A stretch of DNA of 32,000 bases. It comes from Candidatus Midichloria mitochondrii IricVA. Lineage in GTDB: Bacteria; Pseudomonadota; Alphaproteobacteria; Rickettsiales; Midichloriaceae. Every line of letters starts with the position of its first letter. The stretch's first letter is position 1. Below are positions 9,176-19,400 of this stretch, in pieces. The translations under genes and the position numbers were made by a program. The notes below the pieces were generated by a model. That model was not told the origin of the DNA and searched no databases. It saw nothing but the letters and a program-made list of their open reading frames with translations. The stretch is from NCBI RefSeq assembly GCF_000219355.1, contig NC_015722.1, positions 450,001 to 482,000 of the forward strand, given 5' to 3'.

Positions 9176-10043
9176 TGATTTACCCGGGTCAATCTGGCTA
9201 GATGGAAAAATAGTGTCTTGGAAAGATGCGCGTATTCATGTTATGACGCATGCTCTACATTATGCGAGCAGTGTATACGAAGGCTTGCGTGCCTATGGTG
9301 ATAAGCTTTTAAAGGCACATCAACACTATGAGCGCTTCCACCAATCTGCAAATTATTTAGATTTTGAGATCCCTTACGCGATAGAGGAGCTAATAGAAGC
9401 TACCGAATTTTTGGTGAAGCAAGGTAGCTACGGCCAAGGTTATGTCAGAGCTATTGCTTGGTGTGGTAGTAAAAAAATGACAGTTTCTCATAATGGGGCC
9501 AATGTACATGTGGCGATTGCGGTTTGGGAACGGCCTGTTAACTATACAGAAAGCCAATTTAAAAATGGGATTCGAATGAATATTTCCAATTGGTATAGAC
9601 CTGATCCTAAAACTGCTCCTGTGCATAGCAAAGCATCGGGCTTATATATGATATCTTCAATGAGTAAGCGCTCTTCTGAGTTGCTAGGGTTCGATGATGT
9701 ACTTATGCTTGATTACCAAGGGAACATAGCTGAAGCTAGTAGTTCAAATATTTTTTTAGTAGTTGATGGAAAACTTTTCACTCCTAAACCAGAATGTTTC
9801 TTAAACGGCATTACTAGAAGGACATGTCTTGATATAGCGAGAAAGTTAAACATTAATGTCTACGAAACCACGCTTACTCTTGATGATTTAGACAGAGCTC
9901 GGGAAGTATTCTTAACTGGTACAGCGATTGAAATCTTGCCTGTTGGTAGTATTGAAGGTAATGGTAAGGCATGGCAGTTTAGGCCAGCTGGAGTTACTAA
10001 TGCTATTTATAATGAATTTCGAAATATTATTAGTAAATTATAA
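9168..10043 (+). CDS. ilvE: Branched-chain amino acid aminotransferase (class IV PLP fold)
   Basis: Intact 291-aa ORF. IWLDGKIVSWKDARIHVMTHALHYASSVYEGLRAY is typical of the alphaproteobacterial IlvE N-terminus. Confidence 0.8.
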   Translation: MFDDLPGSIWLDGKIVSWKDARIHVMTHALHYASSVYEGLRAYGDKLLKAHQHYERFHQSANYLDFEIPYAIEELIEATEFLVKQGSYGQGYVRAIAWCGSKKMTVSHNGANVHVAIAVWERPVNYTESQFKNGIRMNISNWYRPDPKTAPVHSKASGLYMISSMSKRSSELLGFDDVLMLDYQGNIAEASSSNIFLVVDGKLFTPKPECFLNGITRRTCLDIARKLNINVYETTLTLDDLDRAREVFLTGTAIEILPVGSIEGNGKAWQFRPAGVTNAIYNEFRNIISKL

Positions 10044-10048
10044 TCACT

Positions 10049-11212
10049 ATGGAACTTTGCAAAATTTGGCTTCTAGGGGCTCGTATTTCGTATATAACCC
10101 TGATAAGCTCTTATAATCATGCGAAGGAAATTGTTTCAGGGCAAGCGAAGCTATTCTTCGCATGCAAAGCCAACCTTGAGTTCAATTTTAAATACTCTGA
10201 AACATGCTGGAGTAGGTTTCGATGTTGCAAGTTCTGGGGAATTAGGCCAGTTCTATCTATTGGCGTGCTGGGGTAAAGATATGATAATGACAGGGCCAGC
10301 TAAACCAGAACGGCTGCTTAGGTTTGCACTCGAAAATAAGGTTGGCGCGTTTGTTATAGAGAATACCGCACAATTAATGTGCTTGCAAGAATTAGCAAAA
10401 GACTTGTGGATACCAACCCGACGTGTTACTAAGATTGCAGCTACAGTGGAATGGAGAGGAAAAAAATGCTGTAGGTGGGTAAATAAGACTACCGCTTTTT
10501 GGCATGGATCAGCAAACCCTGCTCGAGATATTATGCCAAAAGTGCAGCTATCTTTATTAGGATTCCAAGTTTTTCAATGGGGCAATATTCTATCGATTTA
10601 CAAGTTGCGGCATGTTTGGGAAAGGAGTATGTCTACATGCAAAAGTTTAACTGAAGATTTTCGAGTTTTAGATGTTGGTAGCGGCTTTGGAATTCCCTAC
10701 GCAGCAGAAGCGTCCTTAGCTTGGGAAGAGGTTAATTCTCTAGTGAATGAACTAAAAGACGCCTACAATATTAAAGAATTTTGGTTGGAGATGGGACGTT
10801 ATTTGACAGGGCCTTGTGGTATTTATGTGACTTCGGTCGTCGATTGTAAAGAGACCGATGGAAAAAAATTCTCGTATTAGATAGATGGTGGAACTAATCA
10901 TATCGCGAGGCCTGCATTAGTAAACGAATCTTTCCCTTTATACTTGTTACGTGAATCCGAAGCCAAACTTGCACCTTTCTTTATTCATGGAGCTTTATGT
11001 ACATCGCTAGATTTCTTAGGGGAACAAATGTTACCTGAAGATACAAGAGTAGGTGACGTAATTGTTTTTTATGCAAACCGGGGGCTTCTTATGGGTTTAC
11101 AGAAAGCTTGCCATTCTTTCTATGCAACGATTTGCCAGGCGAAGCTGTATTAGAGAACAAAAATTTAAGTATAATTAGAGAACCACAATCTGCACAATTT
11201 TGGTTAAAGTAA
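10049..11212 (+). pseudogene. lysA: Diaminopimelate decarboxylase-like (fold-III PLP decarboxylase) pseudogene with multiple frameshifts and an in-frame stop
   Basis: Recognisable blocks are spread over all three + frames: FVYNPDKLL, FFACKAN, GVGFDVASSGEL, LDVGSGFGIPY, EMGRYLTGPCGIYVTSVV, a TAG at 10878-10880 inside FSY*IDGGTNHIARPAL, HGALCTSLDFLG and GDVIVF. Confidence 0.8.
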
Positions 11213-11214
11213 AA

Positions 11215-12293
11215 ATGAAGAGAAAAGACATTCTGATAAGAAGTTTTGCATATGGTAGTGAACTTTCCATTCCAGTATTTTGTTGTCCTGGTACTAACAA
11301 AGGAGCACCTTTTGTTTATATACAACTGGTATCCATGGCGCTGAAGTTCAAGGGTATGTAGTTACTTTACAGCTAATTGAATATTTCAGAATAATCCACC
11401 CAAGGGGGATATTACTATTGCTCCAATTGCAAATCCTTACGGATTAAACTGTAAGATAGGAGAAATATACCTTTAGAAGATTTGATCCAGTTACTGGTGA
11501 TAACTGGAATCGCAATTATGTGGATTTTAGTGGTCATGTTGATGAGTTCTTGGAAGCACACCCTAATCGGAGCTTTGAAGAATAAGAAAAAACTAGTTAT
11601 CACAAAAAATTGGCTTTGCAGTTGCAAGAGCTCGCCATTTCTGCAGATATAGTCCTAGATCTTCATTGCGATACAATTTCTGTGCCGCATATTTATAGCT
11701 CTGAATATGCGATGCGCTCGGTATCTGAACTTAGAATCCCATTTGTTATAGAAATAACCAAGCATTTTTGCAGGCGCACTAGATGAAGCTATTTTTTTGT
11801 CCTTGGATTGAGTTAATTGAGAAATACAAGAAAATTAACCGACTTGAAAGCCCTATAAATATGCCAATGGAGGTCTTTACTGTAGAGTTAGGAAATCAAG
11901 AGGACATAAATACGAAGAAGTTCACGTTTGCAAACAGAAGGTATACTAAATTATCTGAGCGTTAAAGGAGTGTGCGATGCATTAGATAATCTCGAAAAGT
12001 TTAATATATATTAATGCAAACTAAAAGATTTTATTACTATTTACTCTCCGATCGGGGGGCTAATAACTGATAATGCAGATTTTGGCATTGAATACCGAGC
12101 GGAGAAGAGATTATATCTTTAAGTGCGCCGAGCCTATGGAAAGAGTTGACTACTTACCACTGACCTCATTGCAAATTCTACACATACGAAAAAACTCAGT
12201 GTCCGTCCATTCCAATCACTAGAGCTGCAAGCGTTGTTGTTAATGAAGGATGGCTTTAATGAAAAACTTATGACAAATTTTAGACATAGTTAA
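11215..12293 (+). pseudogene. Succinylglutamate desuccinylase/aspartoacylase (AstE/AspA, M14-like) family pseudogene, heavily frameshifted
   Basis: Fragments lie in different frames: APFVYIQ..GIHGAEVQG, IAPIANPYGLN, RFDPVTGDNWNRNYVDFS, ADIVLDLHCDTISVPHIY, MEVFTVELGNQEDIN and YSPIGGLITDNADFGIEY. There are many stops between them. Confidence 0.7.
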
Positions 12294-12639
12294 CGAGGCT
12301 TGCTTTACATACAGCTGGAGCGGGGTAACGGAGTTGCCTTTTATCTGAGTACCGCTATAATCTGTTATGGGAAGTGTATCGGGGAACAAAGACGGTGAGA
12401 GGTAAAAATATATTGGTTTAGCCGACCCTTTGTGAAGAAACCCCGCTATATGAGTCTGCCTACATTACTTATGAAGGATTTTAATGTCAGTATATTACAA
12501 AAAGCTATTAATCTTGTAGTTCGTATAGGCAGATCTGATTATATCTTCTTTAATGAGTCTGAAAAGTTACCGGCTTAGATATATCTTCTGATTACTGCTT
12601 GCCCTACAAGGCATTGCCTAATATTTATAGGTAGAAGTT

Positions 12640-12960
12640 TCAAATCCAGCAAATGCCTATGTGGAAGAAGAGGGTAAGAGTAGCGCAAAGCATCCTCAGG
12701 GATTTGCTATAGCGCTTTGTTCTTCGATTAAAACGAGCTAGATAATGCCTTATTAAAGAATTCTTTGATTCTACCAATGAGATCTCAGCCTTTGTTTTGT
12801 GATGGTACGTGGAGATTTTATAGTGTTCATAAACGCTGTAATCATCTGTACACGATCAATTTTATAATGTTCTTCCAAAAGCCTAAAATGCCAGGTTCAG
12901 ATAGGTTGCCTTACTCAAATGAAGCTGGTGCACACAAACAATTAAGGTTTAGTACTATTA
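12640..12960 (-). mobile_element. IS1-family-like transposase C-terminal remnant
   Basis: My minus-strand translation gives ...CTDDYSVYEHYKISTYHHKTKAEISLVESKNSLIRHYLARFNRRTKRYSKSLRMLCATLTLFFH. This has the same architecture as the E. coli IS1 InsB C-terminus (TDGW..Y...[25 protein letters not shown]). A TGA interrupts it upstream. Confidence 0.5.
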
Positions 12961-13039
12961 TTCATAAATAGCAGTAATGTTAATAAGTTAAGCAAGCATC
13001 TTGAACAGAAGTTTGATTATTATGGCTAGAGCCACCATT

Positions 13040-13402
13040 GCTATATCCAGAATTATCATCCGGATCAAAGTCTTCTATATAACGCCTTGGAAGGCCAGCA
13101 AATTGTAGGCCATGCACTGTCTGCTACTATTTCGTATAATTCTTGTAAAGAACTCATTGCTTTATATCATCATATTGGTGGTCAGATCCTTATCTCTCAA
13201 AGAAAGAGTGGTTGGGGAGCTAGAGTTATTGATCAATTACCTAAAGATTTGAAGAATTTTATCTATGCAGATTGAAACTGATCTATACAAACGGCAAGGA
13301 AAAGCAGCTACGAATTTTCAGACAAAATTTCCTAAGAATCAGTCAGATCTGGCTAGAGCAACTTTAAAAAATCCATACTTTTTTGATTTTTTAAGTTTGT
13401 CA
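13040..13402 (+). pseudogene. DUF1016 / YhcG-family (PD-(D/E)xK nuclease) gene fragment, internally deleted and truncated
   Basis: ELIALYHHIGGQILISQRKSGWGARVIDQLPKDL and, one frame over, TNFQTKFPKNQSDLARATLKNPYFFDFLSL match the conserved YhcG N-terminal region. The nuclease domain is missing, and the sequence ends where the IS982-like remnant begins. Confidence 0.6.
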
Positions 13403-13404
13403 TA

Positions 13405-13880
13405 ACTTACGTATTAGCCGTAATAAGGTCTTTAAAGGCACCGCTCAGCGTGGGAAAACGTCGACCCGGATGGTTCTTTGGCCTCAATGATCAAGGAGAG
13501 ATTATGTCATTCACACTGACCTCAGTAATACAGATGATCGAGCCGTTGTCGAAAAACTGACTCAATATTTGATAGGCCTTCTATTCGGAGATCAGTGGTA
13601 TATAAGCAAAAACACTGAGCAATCAAGGTATTGAGCTCATCACACGGCTTAAGAAAACAAAACCCGCTTGCGGCTTTTAAACAACTGCTTCTTGCAGGGC
13701 GTGGATTGATTGAAACAGCCATCGGAGAATTGAAAGAGATTTGCCAAATCCAGCGCCACGGCATCACTCGCCAAACAATTTCTTGGCAGACCTCTTTCTC
13801 AGGGCTCTTGGCTTATGTCCTCAAACCCATATATCTCAAATTAGGCCTCGCGCTGGCCTACTCCTTAAGTCAAACTGAGG
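13405..13880 (+). mobile_element. IS982-family-like transposase remnant (C-terminal half, frameshifted), copy 1
   Basis: Stitched frames read VFKGTAQRGKTSTGWFFGL..NDQGEIMSFTLTS..DDRAVVEKLTQYLIGLLFGDQWYIS..QGIELITRLKK..LLLAGRGLIETAIGELKEICQIQ..LLAYVLKP. This follows the DDE pattern of IS982-type transposases. A second copy lies at 31868-32000. Confidence 0.65.
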
Positions 13881-13965
13881 CTAGAATACAACGCTAAACG
13901 GTTTCATCAAAAATTTCAGGAGATGAAAATAGCAGAAAAATGGTTGCTTTCTAAGTTTGTTATTT

Positions 13966-14079
13966 ATAGCTCAAATACTCTAGGATACCAGTCTTTATAA
14001 TTTGACTACGCGTCGCTCAGTCGCTTATATAACGTCTTCTACGCTTAGCTTCTATATCCAAATTAAAATACTTTTAGCT
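13966..14079 (+). repeat. Dispersed intergenic repeat, copy A
   Basis: The core gtctttataatttgactaYgcgtcgctcRgtcgctYat...tcaRattaaaat..tttagct is shared with 19642-19737. The inverted and shortened version is at 31620-31689. Confidence 0.7.
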
Positions 14080-14142
14080 GAGCCTCACTTTAAATTCGCT
14101 ACTTGTAATTTTGCATTACTTCTTAAGAATTAGAAGCAGGCC

Positions 14143-15759
14143 TCAGCAAATTTTTCTTTGATAGATGAAGTCTATAACATCTTGTCTTAACTCGAGTTTA
14201 TTAAAATCTAAGGCTATATTATTTTGATTTAGAATCATTAACACTCCGATTGCTGCTCTTCTTAAAGCAAATGGATCTTTAGAGCCTGTTGGTTTGATAT
14301 TATGAAGGAACATTTGATTCAATGTATCGAGCTTTTCTGCTAGAGCGACCACTACACTAAGTGGTTCTGTAGGTACAGAATCACTAGGGCCTTTGGGTTT
14401 GTACTGGTTTTTAATTGCGTTTGCTACTTCTATATCCTCGCCATCATTCAATGCATAATAGTAACCCATAATCCCTTGAAGTTCCGGAAATTCCTTTACC
14501 ATATCGGTTAACAAATCTGCTTTCATTAGTTCTACTGCAAGTATTACTTTTTCGGTATGGCAACTAAGTTGCTCTGCAATCCTTATAGCGATAACTTTGG
14601 TGCTTTGCACTTTATCGTATACGGTACCAATTTTGTTATGAAATAACAAATTTTTTAACCGTATGACTCGTGATATTAATGTAGCTTTTTTATCATTGTT
14701 AAAGAAGAATGCAGCATCACTTAATCTAGCAGCGACAACCCTTTGGTTACTTTTAATGATTGTCTGGTTATTATTCTCTATAGTGACGTTAGCAACTATT
14801 CCAAAGAAAGGAGCGAGATTGCCTTCACTATCTTCAAACAGGAAATATTTTTGGTTGTTTTTTAAAGTAGTAATTAAAACTTCTTTTGGTAAAGGAAGAA
14901 ATTTTTTATCAATTTCTCCAATTGATGGCACAGGCCACTCAACTAGGCCTGAAACTTCCTCTAAGAGATTTTGATCATTTATTAAAGAAACCCCCAATTT
15001 GCTAGCTTGATTGCTTAAATTCTCTGTTATCGTTTTTTTTCTGTTCTGCGGCCAAATTTCAACGAACGCTTTTCTTAATACGTCTTCGTATGCATCCACA
15101 TTTTGGATGATAATTTTTTCTGGTGCCATGAACCTATGCCCGTAGGTATTATTATTTGATTTTATATGCCCAAAATTTACCTCAATTATTTGCTCTCCAA
15201 GTAAGCATAGAATATTATGTATTGGTCTTACCCATTTTATTTCATGGTCAGCCCAGCGCATTGATTTTGGCCAAATTAATGTGGAAATATGTTCTTGGAT
15301 AATCTTTGGCAGTATGTCTGTTATTTTCTTGTTTTCTTGCTTGTTAATCCAAAAATAGAAATCTCCTCTTTGTTCTAAATGCTCCCTGGAAGAGATTTGA
15401 TATTTTTTTAAAAAGCCCTCAATAGCCTGCTCAGTTGAGTTAATTCTAGGGCCCCTTATTTCTTCAGTAAAACTTGGAGTTAAGGTAGGTAAGTTATCTA
15501 TAAAGAACCCTGTTCTTCTTGGTGTTGAGAAGTAACGTCCGGAAAGCTTGATTGTTTTAAATATATTCCCAATGGTATTAATGACCTCTTTAAATAAAGT
15601 TTCAGCTATAGAATTTTGCATGCTGGCAGGTATCTCTTCGCTGAAAATTTCTAATAAAAACCTGTCTACTTCCACAATCAACTTCTTTTTACTTTTTATG
15701 GGAAATAATATATAACCTAAAGCAGATAGAGTTAAAATATTAATCATCCCTTGGAGCAA
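14143..15759 (-). CDS. glyS: Glycine--tRNA ligase beta subunit, apparently 3'-truncated
   Basis: FLLEIFSEEIPASMQ, STPRRTG, YFLFEDSEGNLAPFFG and KDPFALRRAAIG are GlyS motifs. The probable true start is TTG 15681 or GTG 15675, just before VDRFLLEIFSEEIP. The ORF stops 33 aa after DPFALRR. Confidence 0.85.
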   Translation of the reverse strand: MLQGMINILTLSALGYILFPIKSKKKLIVEVDRFLLEIFSEEIPASMQNSIAETLFKEVINTIGNIFKTIKLSGRYFSTPRRTGFFIDNLPTLTPSFTEEIRGPRINSTEQAIEGFLKKYQISSREHLEQRGDFYFWINKQENKKITDILPKIIQEHISTLIWPKSMRWADHEIKWVRPIHNILCLLGEQIIEVNFGHIKSNNNTYGHRFMAPEKIIIQNVDAYEDVLRKAFVEIWPQNRKKTITENLSNQASKLGVSLINDQNLLEEVSGLVEWPVPSIGEIDKKFLPLPKEVLITTLKNNQKYFLFEDSEGNLAPFFGIVANVTIENNNQTIIKSNQRVVAARLSDAAFFFNNDKKATLISRVIRLKNLLFHNKIGTVYDKVQSTKVIAIRIAEQLSCHTEKVILAVELMKADLLTDMVKEFPELQGIMGYYYALNDGEDIEVANAIKNQYKPKGPSDSVPTEPLSVVVALAEKLDTLNQMFLHNIKPTGSKDPFALRRAAIGVLMILNQNNIALDFNKLELRQDVIDFIYQRKIC

Positions 15760-16423
15760 AAAAACTTGGATTCTTAAATTTGAATTCAGAGTCTGTTATC
15801 GGTGTGTTGATATCTAAGTTAGTAAGTGAAATTTCCGTCAAAGTAATTTCGTCATTCACTGCGATTATTTTGTCTATAGTGAGTGTAGGTTTTCTCTTAA
15901 AATTTAATACTAAATACGGGTATTTACCCATTTCATTGATTTTTTTCTTTTTAGAAGCGATTACTTCAACGCTATTCTTTTTTTCGATTATGGATATTAT
16001 ATTAGCCATCTTCTTCAAAGAGATATTCTGTGTAGTAAGTAATCTAGCCAAAGTATGATCCTGGTCAATTTTGGTCAATTCTTCCATCTCGTAGTCATAG
16101 TAGGATACTTTATTGTTGTTACTAATTACTGTGATTTTTTTAGGGTTTAAATACTCCCACTTGAGTTTGCCAGGTTTCGCAATATAAAAAAAGCCAGTTC
16201 TTTCCATACCTTTTTCTGGCCCTATTTGTTTGAATTGCGCTTTGGCTGTTTTAATTTGATTTAAGTATTTCTCAACTTCTTTTATAATTTCCTGATTTTG
16301 GGCACTTGATAATTGGTACAAGAGAATTATAGATAAAAAGATAAAAAAAATGTATATATTTCTTAATTTATTAAAGATAATAAACATAAAATTGATAGGA
16401 GGAGAATTATTTGATTTACTCAT
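15740..16423 (-). CDS. lolA: LolA-like outer-membrane lipoprotein carrier protein
   Basis: Signal peptide followed by AKAQFKQIGPEKGMERTGFFYIAKPGKLKWEYLNPKKITVISNNNKVSYYD, typical of the LolA fold family. The start may be Met at 16387. Confidence 0.7.
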   Translation of the reverse strand: MSKSNNSPPINFMFIIFNKLRNIYIFFIFLSIILLYQLSSAQNQEIIKEVEKYLNQIKTAKAQFKQIGPEKGMERTGFFYIAKPGKLKWEYLNPKKITVISNNNKVSYYDYEMEELTKIDQDHTLARLLTTQNISLKKMANIISIIEKKNSVEVIASKKKKINEMGKYPYLVLNFKRKPTLTIDKIIAVNDEITLTEISLTNLDINTPITDSEFKFKNPSFFAPRDD

Positions 16424-16493
16424 AAAGGAGTTCGTTCTCTTTCTTAATTAGTGATAATGCAACTCATACCATATTAATGATTAATTCTAAAGT

Positions 16494-19400
16494 ATGAATG
16501 AATTTTGGAGAGTAATTAGTAAATTAAAAAGTATCGTAATATTTTTTAGTGTGTTAATTATGTTTTTTATTACTATCTTAGGTAGTGGTTTTCTCTTTTT
16601 AAAATACTATGGGCCGGTCTCCTCAAAATTTATTGGAAGGCTAATAGGGACAATTTTAGAGCGCCGTATAGAAGGCACAAAAATTGAAATAGACTATGTT
16701 GAGTTGGGAGTGGAAGATAATGTTGTGGATTTCTCCGTTTTTGACCTGAAAGTCACTTATAGCCAAAATATAGTGAGAGTGCCATACCTTAAAGTGGACA
16801 TCTATATGAGTAAGGTACTAAGAGGTAGCTTCATAGAGGCTCTTTCCCATATTTCGGTTTCGTCTGATATTGAGCTCAGTAGGGCGCCGAGACCTAATAA
16901 CATTACTGTGAAAAAAACTCCTAAACATGCTGCAAAATCAGTGAAAGCTTATTTGATGTCTCATATTGGATTCATAAGCTATTTACCTGAATTGCTAAGA
17001 GATATTAACTTTAAAATACGGGATGTAGACAAAAAACCAGTTTTAACTTTAAGCTTAAATAGCCTCAATTTTACCTTAATTGAGGATAGGATTCTTAACT
17101 TTAGAGGAGACTTTAATGCGGGCAACGATTTTATAAATTTTGATTTTAATATTGATACTACTAACCCTAATATGATCGAGTTAGGAGGTAAGCTAAATTT
17201 TATACCTGTATCCTTATTATGGGCTAGTTCTACATATTATACAAAAATCCAGAGTAATTTAAAGCTGGACCTAATTCTAGGTGGTAAAATAGGAAAAAGT
17301 GGATTGGAATACTTAAATTTTGATGTTGTTAACTATCATGGTTTCATACAAAAGAATGATTATCTGAAACATGATATAGTACCTAAGAAATTTTTATTAT
17401 CAGGCGGGGTATCAAGTCAATATGATATCGAAGCAACCTCTGTTTTGGAAGCGGATGATCTTACATTAAAAGCTTTAATTGCTAATAAGAATGGCAAATT
17501 AGTTGGTAATATAATAGCAGGAAAAATGAAGTTGAGATCAGTTTTAGATTATTGGCCTTCGTTTATTTTAGAGGAGACAAGGACTTGGTTAGTTTCAAAT
17601 TTGGATAAAGGCTATGTAACAGGTGTGGATGCTAAAATTAATATTGATTTAAATGCGAGCCGCCCTATACCCAAAGAGTCTATCAACGTACGTGTGAATT
17701 TGGCGAATAATGTAGTGCGTTGTATGCCCCTACCTTATATTGTGCCGGTTGTTCACATAAATGAAGGAGTAGTCGAGGTCTCTGCTGAAGATGTTGTACT
17801 GAAGCTTAATGATGCAACTATATTAAATAGCAGAACTAATAACATGATAGGTATTATAAATTATAAGAATGAGCGGGTTGACTTGGTTTTAAATGGCAGA
17901 GTGGCAGGATTAGCACAGGATGTTATAGATATAGGTTTTGCCTATGCTCAGTCTAATAATCGAGAATTAAAAAATTTTAAGGGTGAAGCTGAGACGGAAA
18001 TAAAAATAGTTGTTCCGCTAACTCAAGAGTTCGTTCTTGATGAAAGGAGTGTAGTTGTACATTCAAAAATGAAAAATGTTTCAAATAAAGACTTAAGCGG
18101 TCTAGTGAGTTTATCGCAATTTGATATTAGTGGTCAATTTATTGGAACAAAGTTAAGTGTGCGAGGAGAGGGCACCGTTAATAATGTCATCCGCGCTGGT
18201 TTTGATTTAGAGAAGAGCTTATTCAATGAGCCTGGAATTAAAACTAATGTTACTGTGCATGCTTCGATTGATGAATTGAAGAGAAACGGAATTTTTAAAA
18301 GTGAGATAGCAGATGGAGAATTAAAAGGTAATATAAGTATTTTCTTATTGGATGATCAATATAATGTTAGTGGCTCTCTTGATTTGCAACAATTAGCGCT
18401 AACTCATTCACTTGGAATTGAAAAGAAAATTGGTGAAAAAGGAGAGTTATCATTTAGTATCCATGGTACAGCTGCAAATGCTTTAATTGATATGCCGACA
18501 TATTCATTGACCTTGCCGACCTTTAGTAGCGCAGGAAGTGGTATTTTAAATGAAGAAGGACTTGTGCAATTAGTTTCTGAAAAGAGCAGAATAAATGCAA
18601 CTGATTTTAGCTTTAAGTATAGTAAAAGTTATCAAGGAGATATAAAGCTGCAGTTGTACGGTGATAAACTAGATTTAAGCCAAATCAATATAATCGGTTT
18701 AGTTAAAGATTCAGGTTTTGGCAAAGGTGGTAGTAATAGTTTTATTTTAAAAACAGACTTCAAAAGCATTATACTACATCAAGGGCAAACTTTAATAGCT
18801 CCTAAGATTAACTTGTCTTGCAAGGCTGGTAAATGCAGAGAGTTCTCACTGATCGGTAGTTTTTTTGATAATACTAAGATTAATATTTTCTATAGTCATC
18901 CAGTTATATCTGTAGTGACGGATTCGGCTTATAAGGCGCTAAGCGCATTTGGTTTGTATGATAGAATGGAGGGGGGAACCCTACAGTTTAAGGGAGAATT
19001 TGATGAAAAAGATCTTATGAAAGGAAGGCTATTCGTATTGGATTTTTATATCAAGAAGGCTCCTTTACTTGCAAAACTTATTTCTCCTCTCACTTCTTTT
19101 AGAGGCTTAATAGATAGCTTAAATAATAAAGGTATATATTTTGATAAGATGAGTGCAGGTATTGCCTATGATAAGAAAAAGGTATTTGTGGATGGATTAG
19201 TGATTACCGGGCCATCGCTTCATATCAAATGTTCTGGAGTTCTGAATGAAGAAAGCGGGAAAGTTTCGGGGGAAGGTATCATGGTGCCTTCTAATATAAT
19301 AAATACTGCTACTAAACATATACCACTAATTGGGAAGATGCTATCAGGTGGGGAGGACAGTGGAATTATAGCAACGAATTTTTCTGTAATCGGGGATATT

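Noticed and set aside
12311-12450. GC-rich complementary 7-mers agcgggg (12319-12325) and ccccgct (12441-12447), suggesting a structured RNA such as a tRNA or tmRNA piece.
   Set aside because: There is no T-loop (GTTCRA) and no acceptor or CCA context. I found no tag-peptide reading frame and no second supporting helix. A single 7-bp pairing 115 nt apart is weak evidence.
12765-12971. 68-aa + strand ORF.
   Set aside because: It lies antisense to the IS1-like transposase remnant, which explains the open frame. It has no RBS and no recognisable family.
13391-13963. Near-identical 12-13 nt direct repeats ttaagtttgtcat (13391-13403) and taagtttgttat (13952-13963) flanking the IS982-like remnant, as possible target-site duplications.
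   Set aside because: The repeats are too long for a typical target-site duplication. The second lies 70 nt beyond the point where the two IS copies stop aligning (13880). The sequence after it does not resume the YhcG reading frame. Chance similarity in AT-rich DNA is likely.
13923-14000. 25-aa ORF MKIAEKWLLSKFVIYSSNTLGYQSL with an adjacent AGGAG.
   Set aside because: The Shine-Dalgarno sequence abuts the ATG with no spacer. The ORF runs into repeat copy A, and nothing indicates conservation.
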